64,000 bases of DNA, taken from contig CBDDCA010000003.1 of assembly GCA_965226055.1 (NCBI GenBank), positions 64,001 through 128,000 on the forward strand. The letters are read 5' to 3'. Positions 10,698 through 20,127 of the stretch are shown here, one piece after another. The notes below the pieces were generated by a model, which had not been told where the DNA came from, did not search any database, and saw nothing but the letters and a program-made list of their open reading frames with translations. The position numbers were made by a program, and so were the translations under genes. This stretch comes from Spirochaetia bacterium (lineage in GTDB: Bacteria > Spirochaetota > Spirochaetia > WTKD01 > G963693115). Position 1 is the first letter of the stretch; the number at the start of each line of letters is the position of its first letter.

Positions 10698-12023
10698 ATG
10701 GACAAAAAATTGAAATTGAATGCAAATACGAAAATAGAGGATAGCAATGAACGCAAAAAAGCGTTTGAGGCAGCTCGTCAGATGATAGAAAAGCAATTTG
10801 GGAAAGGAGCTATTATTCAACTTGGTGATTCTAGTGTTTCTCAAGATATTCAATGTATTCCTTCGGGTTCACTTATCCTCGATAGAGTGTTAGGGGTAGG
10901 GGGATACCCTCGAGGCAGAATTATTGAGATATACGGACCTGAATCGTCAGGAAAGACTACATTAGCTTTGCATGCTATTGCAGAAGCACAAAAAGGAGGG
11001 GGAACTGCAGCATTTATTGATGCAGAGCATGCGTTAGATCCAAATTATGCAAAAAATCTCGGTGTTGATATTGATTCACTATGGGTGTCTCAGCCCGATA
11101 ATGGAGAACAAGCCTTAGAGATAGCCGAACAACTGGTACGTTCTGGTGCTACTGATATCATTGTTATTGATTCTGTTGCTGCACTTACGCCAAAGGCAGA
11201 AATAGCAGGACTTATGGGAGATTCCATAGTAGGCGCACAAGCACGCCTTATGAGTCAGGCTTTACGAAAACTTACTGGTATTATAAACAAAAGCTCTTGT
11301 TGTTTAATTTTTATCAATCAAATACGTATGAAAATTGGGGTTATGTTTGGAAGTCCTGAAACTACAAGCGGAGGAAATGCTCTTAAGTTTTATGCCTCTA
11401 TGCGTCTTGACATACGTAGAATTGATAAAATATCCGAAGGAGCAGAAAATTATATAGGAAACAAAGTAAAAGTAAAGGTAGCGAAAAATAAAGTGGCTCC
11501 TCCTTTTAAGGTAGCTACCTTTGCCATTTATTATGGAAAAGGCATGTCTCGTGAAGAAAATATATTAGAGCTTGCCATTGAAATGGACTTTGCTAAAAAA
11601 ACAGGAAGCTGGTACTCTTTAGGAGAGGAAAAGATGGGGCAAGGAAAAGAAAACGCTATTCAGTACTTAAAAGATCATGAAGATATTGCACAAAATTTAG
11701 AAAATAAAATAAAAGAACAATTATTTCCTGCAAAAACAAAAGATACCAGCAGTGCTGATACAGCAGCCAACGAAGATACCAGTAAAGATGAGCAAGAACA
11801 AACACCTACAAAAGCAAAAGATGCCAACAATGTTGATACAGCAGACAATGAGGATACCCAAAAAGATACCAGTAAAGATGAGCAAGAACAAACACCTACA
11901 AAAGCAACGGATGTCAGTAATGTTGATACAGCAGACAATGAGGATGCCAAAAAAGATATCAGTAAAGATGCACAAGAACAAACAAACGAAGTAACTGTTG
12001 ATAATACAGCTGAATCGCAGTAA
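10698..12023 (+). CDS. recA: Recombinase RecA with a long acidic repetitive C-terminal tail
   Basis: [50 protein letters not shown] and KNKVAPPF motifs. Confidence 0.99.
   Translation: MDKKLKLNANTKIEDSNERKKAFEAARQMIEKQFGKGAIIQLGDSSVSQDIQCIPSGSLILDRVLGVGGYPRGRIIEIYGPESSGKTTLALHAIAEAQKGGGTAAFIDAEHALDPNYAKNLGVDIDSLWVSQPDNGEQALEIAEQLVRSGATDIIVIDSVAALTPKAEIAGLMGDSIVGAQARLMSQALRKLTGIINKSSCCLIFINQIRMKIGVMFGSPETTSGGNALKFYASMRLDIRRIDKISEGAENYIGNKVKVKVAKNKVAPPFKVATFAIYYGKGMSREENILELAIEMDFAKKTGSWYSLGEEKMGQGKENAIQYLKDHEDIAQNLENKIKEQLFPAKTKDTSSADTAANEDTSKDEQEQTPTKAKDANNVDTADNEDTQKDTSKDEQEQTPTKATDVSNVDTADNEDAKKDISKDAQEQTNEVTVDNTAESQ
11773..11985 (+). repeat. 90-bp tandem repeat (about 2.4 copies) in the recA 3' end
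   Basis: aagatayc-agtaaagatg recurs at 11773, 11863 and 11953; it encodes a 30-aa unit [30 protein letters not shown]. Confidence 0.9.
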
Positions 12024-12062
12024 GATACTGAAATGACATCATAGGAAGAAATAATAAGTAAT

Positions 12063-12854
12063 ATGGAACATACACATTTAGAACATACAGATGATCAGAA
12101 ACATATTTCTGATAAAGAGCGTTCGGTACAGAGCCATATACATGTCTCTGTAGAACATTTTGACGGACCTTTAGATATATTGCTTTTATTAGTACAAAAA
12201 AATAAAATTGATATTTATGATATTCCTATAGCTGAAATAACAGAGCAGTATCTTGTTTTTTTACGTGAGTTAGTAGAAAAGGATCTTGAAAATCTCACTG
12301 AATTTTATAAAATGGCAACATTGTTGTTATACATAAAATCTCGTATGTTACTTCCTCTTCAACACGTTGATGATTTAGAAGAAATGGAAGATCCACGCAC
12401 AGAACTTGTAGATAAACTCATAGAATATCAAAAATTTAAGAAACTCTCAGGCTTATTACAAAAACAATTATATGAATCTCCACCATTGCTTTTACGAAAA
12501 GAACCTGATACACTGCCACTTACTGCTCCAACTGAGTTAGAGTGGAAAGAGATGACTCCATTAAGTCTGCTCCAATCTTTCTTAAAGATAGTTGATTCTA
12601 ATAAGGAAGTAGAAAGAATAATAGACTTACATGAAGAAGTAACAATAAAACAAAAAATTACTGTTATATATGAACTTATGGAAAAGCACAAACAATTTAC
12701 TTTTAGTGATATCGTTGGTACAAAAAGTATACTCTCATTAGTATGTAGCTTGCTTGCTGTATTAGAACTGTTAAAACAACAAGTTATACGTGCAATACAA
12801 AAACAATCGTATGGTATTATATACTTACAAAAGAAAGAAACAGTACTACCATAA
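12063..12854 (+). CDS. scpA: Segregation and condensation protein A
   Basis: [44 protein letters not shown] and EDPRTELV motifs. Confidence 0.95.
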   Translation: [263 protein letters not shown]

Positions 12855-12880
12855 AAAAACAGAGAAAAAGAGAAAAGAAC

Positions 12881-13477
12881 ATGAATCCTCAAGAACAAAA
12901 GAAGAAAAAAGAAAGAACAACTAAGAAAGGTACTACGGTACTCATAAAAAAGCTGGAAGCTATTTTATTTTTAGAAGGCAAATACAGTCATAAAAAAGAG
13001 CTTGCAGAAAAACTTTCTTGCAGTATAGAAGAGCTTGATCACGCAGTATTGGTACTTACTGATATATACAAAAAAAATGGGCATGCATTTTGTATAGAAC
13101 AGAATAAAAATAGTTTGATGCTCATGATCAATCGTAATGGCATTGAAGATGTTATAGCTCCCTATGAAGGAATAAAAAAAGAAGGGTTGTCGCGTACAGT
13201 ATTAGAAACATTGGCAATTATCGCCTACTCTCAGCCTATTACAAAATCGGAAATAAATTCAATTCGCGGAGTAAACTCTAGTAATGCCATATCATATTTA
13301 TTAGAGAAAAATATCATTGTCGTAGCAGGAAAACGTGCTATTCCAGGACAACCGAACGAGTATATTACTACTCCTGAATTTCTTACTATTTTTAAGCTCA
13401 GCAGTATTACCGAATTGCCTGCGTTAGAAGAAAAAGACAGAGCGTTGTTTGTGAAAACACATACAGAAGGAGAATAA
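12881..13477 (+). CDS. scpB: Segregation and condensation protein B
   Basis: LEAILF, LETLAIIAYSQPITKSEINSIRGV and TTPEFL..F.L.SITELP motifs. Confidence 0.95.
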   Translation: MNPQEQKKKKERTTKKGTTVLIKKLEAILFLEGKYSHKKELAEKLSCSIEELDHAVLVLTDIYKKNGHAFCIEQNKNSLMLMINRNGIEDVIAPYEGIKKEGLSRTVLETLAIIAYSQPITKSEINSIRGVNSSNAISYLLEKNIIVVAGKRAIPGQPNEYITTPEFLTIFKLSSITELPALEEKDRALFVKTHTEGE

Positions 13478-13489
13478 TGTATATCCTAT

Positions 13490-14242
13490 ATGCATACAAA
13501 TGAAGCAGAAACTACATCTACATATTCTCTGCGTTTAGATAGTTTTCTCTCTAAAGCAGGGCTTTGTTCACGAAGAAAAGCCAAGATATATATTGAACAA
13601 GGCAGTATTACGGTAAACAATACTGTTTGCAACGATGCATCGTATAGGGTATTTCCTCAGAGAGATCGTGTATTGCATAATAAACAAGTATATACGCTTG
13701 CAGAAAAAAAAGTATACTTTGTTTTTCATAAGCCACTAAAAGTAGAATCTACAAATCAAGTCCAGCGAGAACATTCACAGAGAAAGACAAGCCGTTCTTT
13801 TTTGCAGCATATATGCAATGGGCATCTTTTTTCAATAGGAAGGCTTGATTATCTTAGTACAGGATTACTTTTGTTTACCAATGATGGGGAGTTATGCTAT
13901 AAGCTCACACATCCTAAATTTCAGGTAAAAAAAATATATCTTGTAAAAACAGCTACTCCTGTTTCAAAGTCTATTCTTGATACATGGAAACGAGGAATAC
14001 GTATCAACAACATACTCTATACACTGCATTCGTATCATGAGCATCACAATAATACAGTCAAACTTACGTTATGTGAAGGGAAAAAAAGAGAAATACGTCA
14101 AGTGTTAGAGTATTTCTCATTAAAGGTACTGATGTTACATAGAACACAGTTTGCTAATATTACGTTGAATAATCTCGCTGTTGGTGATTATAGAGCCTTG
14201 ACTTCTAAAGAACTACATATGCTAAAAAAAATGGTATCATAG
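13490..14242 (+). CDS. rluB: RluB/RsuA-family rRNA pseudouridine synthase
   Basis: S4 domain (RLDSFLSKAGLCSRRKA), catalytic GRLD, LTHPKF and EGKKREIR; conserved position after scpB. Confidence 0.85.
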   Translation: MHTNEAETTSTYSLRLDSFLSKAGLCSRRKAKIYIEQGSITVNNTVCNDASYRVFPQRDRVLHNKQVYTLAEKKVYFVFHKPLKVESTNQVQREHSQRKTSRSFLQHICNGHLFSIGRLDYLSTGLLLFTNDGELCYKLTHPKFQVKKIYLVKTATPVSKSILDTWKRGIRINNILYTLHSYHEHHNNTVKLTLCEGKKREIRQVLEYFSLKVLMLHRTQFANITLNNLAVGDYRALTSKELHMLKKMVS

Positions 14243-14320
14243 CTTTTTTACACTATACAACATATATCATATCTTGCTATACTGTATGTATAAAATGGAT
14301 ATACAAAATAGGTATACAAA

Positions 14321-16777
14321 ATGGTGAACGATATAGTCATAACTATTGATGGTCCAGCAGGGTCAGGAAAAAGTAGTATTGCTCGGTTATTTGAAGAGCG
14401 TCTTTCATTTAACAGCATTAATTCTGGTGCTTTTTATCGTTGCACTGCGTTCTTATTTTGTCATTTTGTGTCTGATACGGATCTTGATATACTATCTCAA
14501 ACAAAAGATATACAAGTACATCTTTCTCATCTTCATACAATTATCAATATGTATGTTCCCGCTATGCAATGGAAAAATCATACGATGCAATTTTTACATC
14601 CAATACAAATAAAAGAAAAAACATACACATCGGTATCTCATGATGAGCTTTTTTCTCAAAAGATAGATACATACGCATCGTTGCTCTCAACATACACAGC
14701 ACTAAGACAAGCAATCAATACTCACATTCGTTATTATCTCAAAGCTGGAAAATGGATTATTGAAGGACGTGATGCAGGCACACATATTTTTCCTGACACT
14801 AAATGGAAATTTTATCTTGATGCAGATATCAATACACGTATTCAAAGAAGGGTACATCAATATTCTGGTGCAACAAAAACACAAAATAATGACACTGTTG
14901 CTCAAGCATTAGTAAAAAGAGATGCTTTAGATAAAAATAAGGGAGAATATAGCCTAAAAAGTAATAATAGTGAACTTTTTTATATAGATTCAACTGACAA
15001 AACACTTGAACAAATTTATGAAATAATGTATACTAACATAGTATTAAGTATGAGTGAACAAAAAATAAATAATACTACTAACCCTGTCGAAGTTGATGTC
15101 CCTGCCAACTTTGATCAAATGATTGATAATAGCTTTCAACGATTGCATGATGTACAAAATATTCATCATGGAGATATAGTGAATGGTGAAATAATTAAGG
15201 TCACAGATAGTGATGTATTTCTTGATCTTGGCTTAAAAACCGAAGGAAGAATTTCAATTACTGAGTTTGAAAATGCTCATGTTGTCCCTACAGTAGGGGA
15301 TAGCATTCAAGTATTTGTAATGAAGAATAACACTGATAATTTAAATGTTTCTTTTGCAAAGGCACAGGAATTACAGTCCATCAATGAATTACGCGAATCG
15401 TATCAGAATAACAAAATGGTGAAAGCTACAGTGAAGAGTGTTCATGCGCATGGCTTTATTGCTCAGATAGCAAGTTCAGTACAGGCATTTGTTCCAATTT
15501 CACAGATGGATACATTTCATATTTCTGAACAGCATGCACATAAATATGTTAATAATGAATATGAATTTCTTATTCTTGAACTGTATAGAAATAAAAAATT
15601 GCAGCCTATTCTTTCCCGTAAAAAATTGCTTGTAGAAAGATATGAAAATGCAAAGAATGAGTTTATTTCACAGCATAAGGAAGGAGATGTAGTAAAAGGC
15701 ACTGTAAAAACATTTACCTCTTTTGGCGTTTTTATAGACCTAGGAGGGTTTGATGCTTTATTACATATATCTGACATTAGTTGGAAACATAGCGTACGTC
15801 CCACTGAAGCACTTAAAAAGAATGAGGAACATGAGTTTAAGCTGATTTCTATCAATGCTGAAACTAAAAAAATAGGCTTATCATTGAAGGCGTTACAGCC
15901 TGATCCTTGGGATAGTATTCAAACAAACTATCCTGTTGGGACCATAGTTCCAGGAAAAGTTATGAAAGTACTCAGTTATGGAGCTTTTATCTCAATAGAT
16001 CAAGAAATTGAAGGCTTTATTCATATATCCGAAATGTCATGGTTAAAGCACATAAAACATCCTAGCGAATTGTTAAAGCAAGGAAGTATTGTAAAATGTA
16101 AAGTTCTTCATATAGATAATGAAAAGAAACGTATCTCTTTAGGTCTTAAGCAGGCAGAGCGTAATCCATGGGAAACAGTTGATTCTTTGTATCCTGTAGG
16201 GTACAAATTACAGTTGCCTATTAAACGAGTAACGCCACAGGGAATTGTAGTGGAATTTGAAGAAGGGTATAGAGGTGTTATTGACAGTGAAAATATATCA
16301 TGGAGTAAGCAACGACATAATTATAAACAAGGACAAAAAGTTGAATGTATAGTGCTTTCTCATGATAAAGAAAATTGTCATATCAATCTTGGCATTAAGC
16401 AACTAAGTGAAAATCCTTGGGAAAGCGACTTTTTAGGAGTAGGGAGATCTGTAGAAGGAGTTATTTCTTCTGTTACTGATTTTGGGGTATTTGTGCGGTT
16501 TCCTAATGGGGTAGAAGGGCTTATTCCAAAAAATAAAACTTTTGATACGAAGGAGCATAGTTCTTATGAGGATGTAAGGCCAAAGTTTAAGGTAGGAAAG
16601 CCAATTCAAGCAGTGATTGTATCTATTCAAAAAAATGAACAAAGATTATTACTGTCTGTACAAGCATTAAAAGAAATGATAGATCAACAAGAGTTAGAAA
16701 AGCATATGGTAAATGATGTAGAATCAGAACGTGCAATGAGTCTTGGTGATATAATTGTAAGTGATAAAAATAGCTAG
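14321..16777 (+). CDS. rpsA: Bifunctional cytidylate kinase / 30S ribosomal protein S1 fusion
   Basis: N-terminal Cmk (ITIDGPAGSGKS, IEGRDAGT-IFPD, KFYLDA) fused in frame to multiple S1 repeats (FGVFIDLGGFDALLHISDISW, YGAFI..EGFIHISEMSW, TDFGVFV). Confidence 0.93.
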   Translation: MVNDIVITIDGPAGSGKSSIARLFEERLSFNSINSGAFYRCTAFLFCHFVSDTDLDILSQTKDIQVHLSHLHTIINMYVPAMQWKNHTMQFLHPIQIKEKTYTSVSHDELFSQKIDTYASLLSTYTALRQAINTHIRYYLKAGKWIIEGRDAGTHIFPDTKWKFYLDADINTRIQRRVHQYSGATKTQNNDTVAQALVKRDALDKNKGEYSLKSNNSELFYIDSTDKTLEQIYEIMYTNIVLSMSEQKINNTTNPVEVDVPANFDQMIDNSFQRLHDVQNIHHGDIVNGEIIKVTDSDVFLDLGLKTEGRISITEFENAHVVPTVGDSIQVFVMKNNTDNLNVSFAKAQELQSINELRESYQNNKMVKATVKSVHAHGFIAQIASSVQAFVPISQMDTFHISEQHAHKYVNNEYEFLILELYRNKKLQPILSRKKLLVERYENAKNEFISQHKEGDVVKGTVKTFTSFGVFIDLGGFDALLHISDISWKHSVRPTEALKKNEEHEFKLISINAETKKIGLSLKALQPDPWDSIQTNYPVGTIVPGKVMKVLSYGAFISIDQEIEGFIHISEMSWLKHIKHPSELLKQGSIVKCKVLHIDNEKKRISLGLKQAERNPWETVDSLYPVGYKLQLPIKRVTPQGIVVEFEEGYRGVIDSENISWSKQRHNYKQGQKVECIVLSHDKENCHINLGIKQLSENPWESDFLGVGRSVEGVISSVTDFGVFVRFPNGVEGLIPKNKTFDTKEHSSYEDVRPKFKVGKPIQAVIVSIQKNEQRLLLSVQALKEMIDQQELEKHMVNDVESERAMSLGDIIVSDKNS
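15006..15034 (+). promoter_or_regulatory. Putative internal sigma70 promoter for stand-alone S1
   Basis: TTGAAC (15006-15011), 17-bp spacer, TATACT (15029-15034), 15 nt upstream of the in-frame ATG 15050 at the Cmk/S1 junction. Confidence 0.55.
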
Positions 16778-16791
16778 TTTTTTTTTGTAAT

Positions 16792-18342
16792 ATGAGTAAA
16801 TTCCAAAATTTAAATCTTGATAGATTACATCAGCTTATCAATGTAAATCTTACCGTTACTGAAAATTACGATAATTTTGAAGTTGTCCTTCAACGGTTAC
16901 TTCATGCCATTGAGATGATTACAAATTGTGAAGTAACATCTTTTTTATTGTATGATAATGAAACAAAAAATCTTACCTTTAGATTAGCGAGTGGTAAAAA
17001 TACTCATGAGCTTCTTGGACTTGTTGTTCCTAATGGAAGAGGAATAGCTCATACTGCTATTCGTGATAAAAAAGGGATGATAATCAATGATATGGATGAG
17101 GTAAAGGATAAGCATTATACAGAGATAGATAAAATATTAAATTTTAAGACAATAAATCTTATGGCTTTTCCTATGTTAGATCATAATGGGGAAGTAATAG
17201 GGGTAGTAGAAGCATGTAATAAGAAAAATAATGAAAATTTTACTAATGAGGATTATCAAATTTTACTCATTTTTTGTCAAACAGCTGAACGGGCGCTGAG
17301 GCATACTATTAAAATAGCAAATCTTAGAAAAAAATTAGATTTTGCTAATAGAAAATTGACTGATTTATCGCATCCTTCGTTTGTGTATGGAAGCAAAGAG
17401 TCAGAAACAAAGTTGACTTTTGCAAAGAAGATTGCAGACTCACAGTCTCGAGTACTCATCTATGGTGAAAGAGGTACAGGGAAAACAAACTTAGCAACAC
17501 AGATTCATCGATTTAGTAACAGAAATGATAAGCCTATTGAGTATATTAACTGTGTAGATCTATCGTTATTAAAAAATGAACAAGAACAGTACATACATAT
17601 TTTTGGTGCAAAGAAAAATACTAAACTAGGAATACGAAATGATATACAAGGGATTTTTGAATTAGCTACAGGAGGCACTGTAATATTGCAAGAGATTGGC
17701 TATCTTCCATTGTTTATTCAAGAAAAAGTTATGCTCCTTATAAAATTTGGTCATATAACTCCCTATGGATCAGATAGCAATAAGTCAGTCAATGTTCGAG
17801 TTCTTGTTACTACTTCTCAAAAACTTGAAGAGCTTGTTGAATTGCATAAATTTCAAGAAGATTTATTTTATTTACTGAACTCTGTTAATATTTCAATTTC
17901 ACCATTAAGTGCTCGAAGAGAAGACATAGTACCAATAACAGAGTATTTTTTTAAGAAATGTGTGAGTGAAAGTAGAAAGGTTATTACCAGTATTGAACCA
18001 AAAGTATTGTATATTCTAAAAAGTTATTCATGGCCTAATAATGTAGCTGAATTGTATAATGTTATACAAAGAGCTGTGTGGAATTGTGATGAAACTACTT
18101 TACGGATTCATCATATTGCTCTCCATAATTTTGGTTCTAATGATGCTGATGGAATAAAAAAGAAAGAGCCTTTTGTTACCTTACAAGACGGAATAAATGA
18201 ATTTAAGAAGAGGTATATTTATCAAGTATTACTCCATAATGGTTGGAGTTATACAAAATCAGCGAAAGTTCTTAAGATTCAACGTTCATATCTTTCTAAG
18301 TTAGTGAAAATGTATAACTTAAAATCAGGGGATGAAAAATAG
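16792..18342 (+). CDS. GAF + sigma54-interaction-type AAA+ + Fis-HTH regulator, catalytically degenerate
   Basis: GAF domain (GRGIA...LMAFPMLD..GEVIGVVEACNK), VLIYGERGTGKT, GIFELATGGT, VNVRVL and C-terminal KSAKVLKIQRSYL HTH. GAFTGA, Walker B and arginine residues are altered. Confidence 0.85.
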   Translation: MSKFQNLNLDRLHQLINVNLTVTENYDNFEVVLQRLLHAIEMITNCEVTSFLLYDNETKNLTFRLASGKNTHELLGLVVPNGRGIAHTAIRDKKGMIINDMDEVKDKHYTEIDKILNFKTINLMAFPMLDHNGEVIGVVEACNKKNNENFTNEDYQILLIFCQTAERALRHTIKIANLRKKLDFANRKLTDLSHPSFVYGSKESETKLTFAKKIADSQSRVLIYGERGTGKTNLATQIHRFSNRNDKPIEYINCVDLSLLKNEQEQYIHIFGAKKNTKLGIRNDIQGIFELATGGTVILQEIGYLPLFIQEKVMLLIKFGHITPYGSDSNKSVNVRVLVTTSQKLEELVELHKFQEDLFYLLNSVNISISPLSARREDIVPITEYFFKKCVSESRKVITSIEPKVLYILKSYSWPNNVAELYNVIQRAVWNCDETTLRIHHIALHNFGSNDADGIKKKEPFVTLQDGINEFKKRYIYQVLLHNGWSYTKSAKVLKIQRSYLSKLVKMYNLKSGDEK

Positions 18343-18420
18343 TATAGCAACGGACGAAGAATGATGGCAATAGTATATGACATATAATTAAATTTTTGAA
18401 GGAATGGAGAAACACAAAGC

Positions 18421-19227
18421 ATGGCAATGAATTACGAATCGCATAATACACTTGAATTTTTTATCTCAAAGTATAAGTGGGTGTTTATTATTGCGTTTAT
18501 AGTGCTTATTATTATAGGAATAAGCGTGCTATTTATTACACAACAAAGCAATACAAAGAGTATAGAGGCTACTATAGCATTTGAAGCTCTTGAGGAAGAT
18601 TACGAAAATTTTACTCAAGATTATAGTTTGTATGAAGATCACAGTGATACTATTGATACGGAAAAAATGGATACATTGATACAAAGCTATAAAGAGATAA
18701 CGCAAAAATATCCTAGGGAAACTGTGGCGCAAAAATCATTTCTTAATATAGGTACTATCTATGCTATAGATAAGAAAAATGAGGAAGCGCTTCAATATTT
18801 TTCTCTTGCGGTACAAAATGGGTCTATTGCGTATCGTACCTATCTGACTCCTCGTGCTTTGTTTAATGTTGCTGCTATGCAGGAAAATGCAGATGCCCCT
18901 ATGGAAGCGATTGCTACATATCAACGTATTATCAATGAATATCCAACTGATTTGATTGCTCCTCATGCTATGTTTAATATAGCAAGAATAAATGAACAAA
19001 TAAATGAGACTTCAATAGAAGCTATTGGCTATTACCAACTAATAATAGAGAACGAAGATTGGAAAGATTCGGAATGGGTAAGCATTGCTAAAAGTCGCTT
19101 AGCTCTTTTACAAAAACTTGTAGATGAAGATACAGATGAAACTATAGACGATGCAAAGAATGAAGAAAGCACAGACGAAGCCACTGATGAAACTATGGAT
19201 GAAGACAGCACAAACGAAAATCAATAA
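18421..19227 (+). CDS. Membrane-anchored TPR protein (YfgM-like)
   Basis: N-terminal TM helix, TPR-like helices (ALFNVA..AIATYQRIINEYP; AMFNIARI) and an acidic C-tail. Confidence 0.7.
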   Translation: MAMNYESHNTLEFFISKYKWVFIIAFIVLIIIGISVLFITQQSNTKSIEATIAFEALEEDYENFTQDYSLYEDHSDTIDTEKMDTLIQSYKEITQKYPRETVAQKSFLNIGTIYAIDKKNEEALQYFSLAVQNGSIAYRTYLTPRALFNVAAMQENADAPMEAIATYQRIINEYPTDLIAPHAMFNIARINEQINETSIEAIGYYQLIIENEDWKDSEWVSIAKSRLALLQKLVDEDTDETIDDAKNEESTDEATDETMDEDSTNENQ

Positions 19228-19246
19228 ATATGGTAATATAATAGAG

Positions 19247-20023
19247 ATGAAAAGAAAGTATTCTTTGTTTCCTTTTAGAGCTCAAAATATACCGTTACTG
19301 TTAGTACTCTTTTTTCTGATTATTTCTTCTTGCGGTGTTCCTACCATTATCTTATTTAATGCTGCAGAAGTTATAACAGACGCAGGGGCTAAAACGATAA
19401 CTATTGTTCATAATAGCAGTAATGATGCATTACCATCTGTAAAATTTATAGGATATGAAGTATACTATAAAATATATAAATCTAGTGATATTGACAAGAG
19501 AGCAGAGGATAAAAATTATATTACAGATACTTCTGCGAGAGTCCCTTCCACTTCTGTCTTAACTTCAAAAAATTTTCTTAAACTGAAAGTCGTAAACTTT
19601 AGTGCAGATGAAAATAAGTTTAATGATACTACTGATACCCCTAATGTTGCTATAAACAGCTCTAATCAACGAGTAATCTTAGATTTTGGTGTATCTAATC
19701 CAAGTGAGTATTCATACACTGCTGGAACAACAGGGGAATTTTATGGCTATCAGGCCCTCCTTATTAACCAAAACAACAGCACAGAAGTATTACATAGAAA
19801 CCTCAATACTACCACTAAACCATTTTTTGATACACAGACTAACACATCTTTCAGTAGTTCCGATTACGATGTAAGAAAGATGATATCTTCTTTTAATAAC
19901 GATACATTAGAACTTGTTATTGCAGTTATTCCTTATGGCATAAACCTTGCTAATGTACAAGTAGTATATGGTAACATAGCAATATCAGAAGACGTAACCC
20001 TTGATTACGGCAGCACTCCTTAG
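19247..20023 (+). CDS. Hypothetical lipoprotein
   Basis: Start placed at MKRKYSLF (ATG 19247); hydrophobic h-region and lipobox IISS-C; FIGYEVYYKIY motif. Confidence 0.7.
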   Translation: MKRKYSLFPFRAQNIPLLLVLFFLIISSCGVPTIILFNAAEVITDAGAKTITIVHNSSNDALPSVKFIGYEVYYKIYKSSDIDKRAEDKNYITDTSARVPSTSVLTSKNFLKLKVVNFSADENKFNDTTDTPNVAINSSNQRVILDFGVSNPSEYSYTAGTTGEFYGYQALLINQNNSTEVLHRNLNTTTKPFFDTQTNTSFSSSDYDVRKMISSFNNDTLELVIAVIPYGINLANVQVVYGNIAISEDVTLDYGSTP

Positions 20024-20127
20024 CTAGCTTTCTCATTTGAATTTCCATTTTCTCTACTGTGTGAATATGTGTGAGTGTGCAATGTGAATATGTAGTATAA
20101 TAGTATTGGAGAGATAGGAGGAGAATT

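Noticed and set aside
10643-10756. Long N-terminus of the prs ORF
   Set aside because: It overlaps recA on the opposite strand and the promoter region; homology starts near MNSLQ.
14321-16777. Cmk-S1 fusion as a novelty or sequencing error
   Set aside because: The fusion is already known in treponemes; only the internal promoter is reported as a finding.
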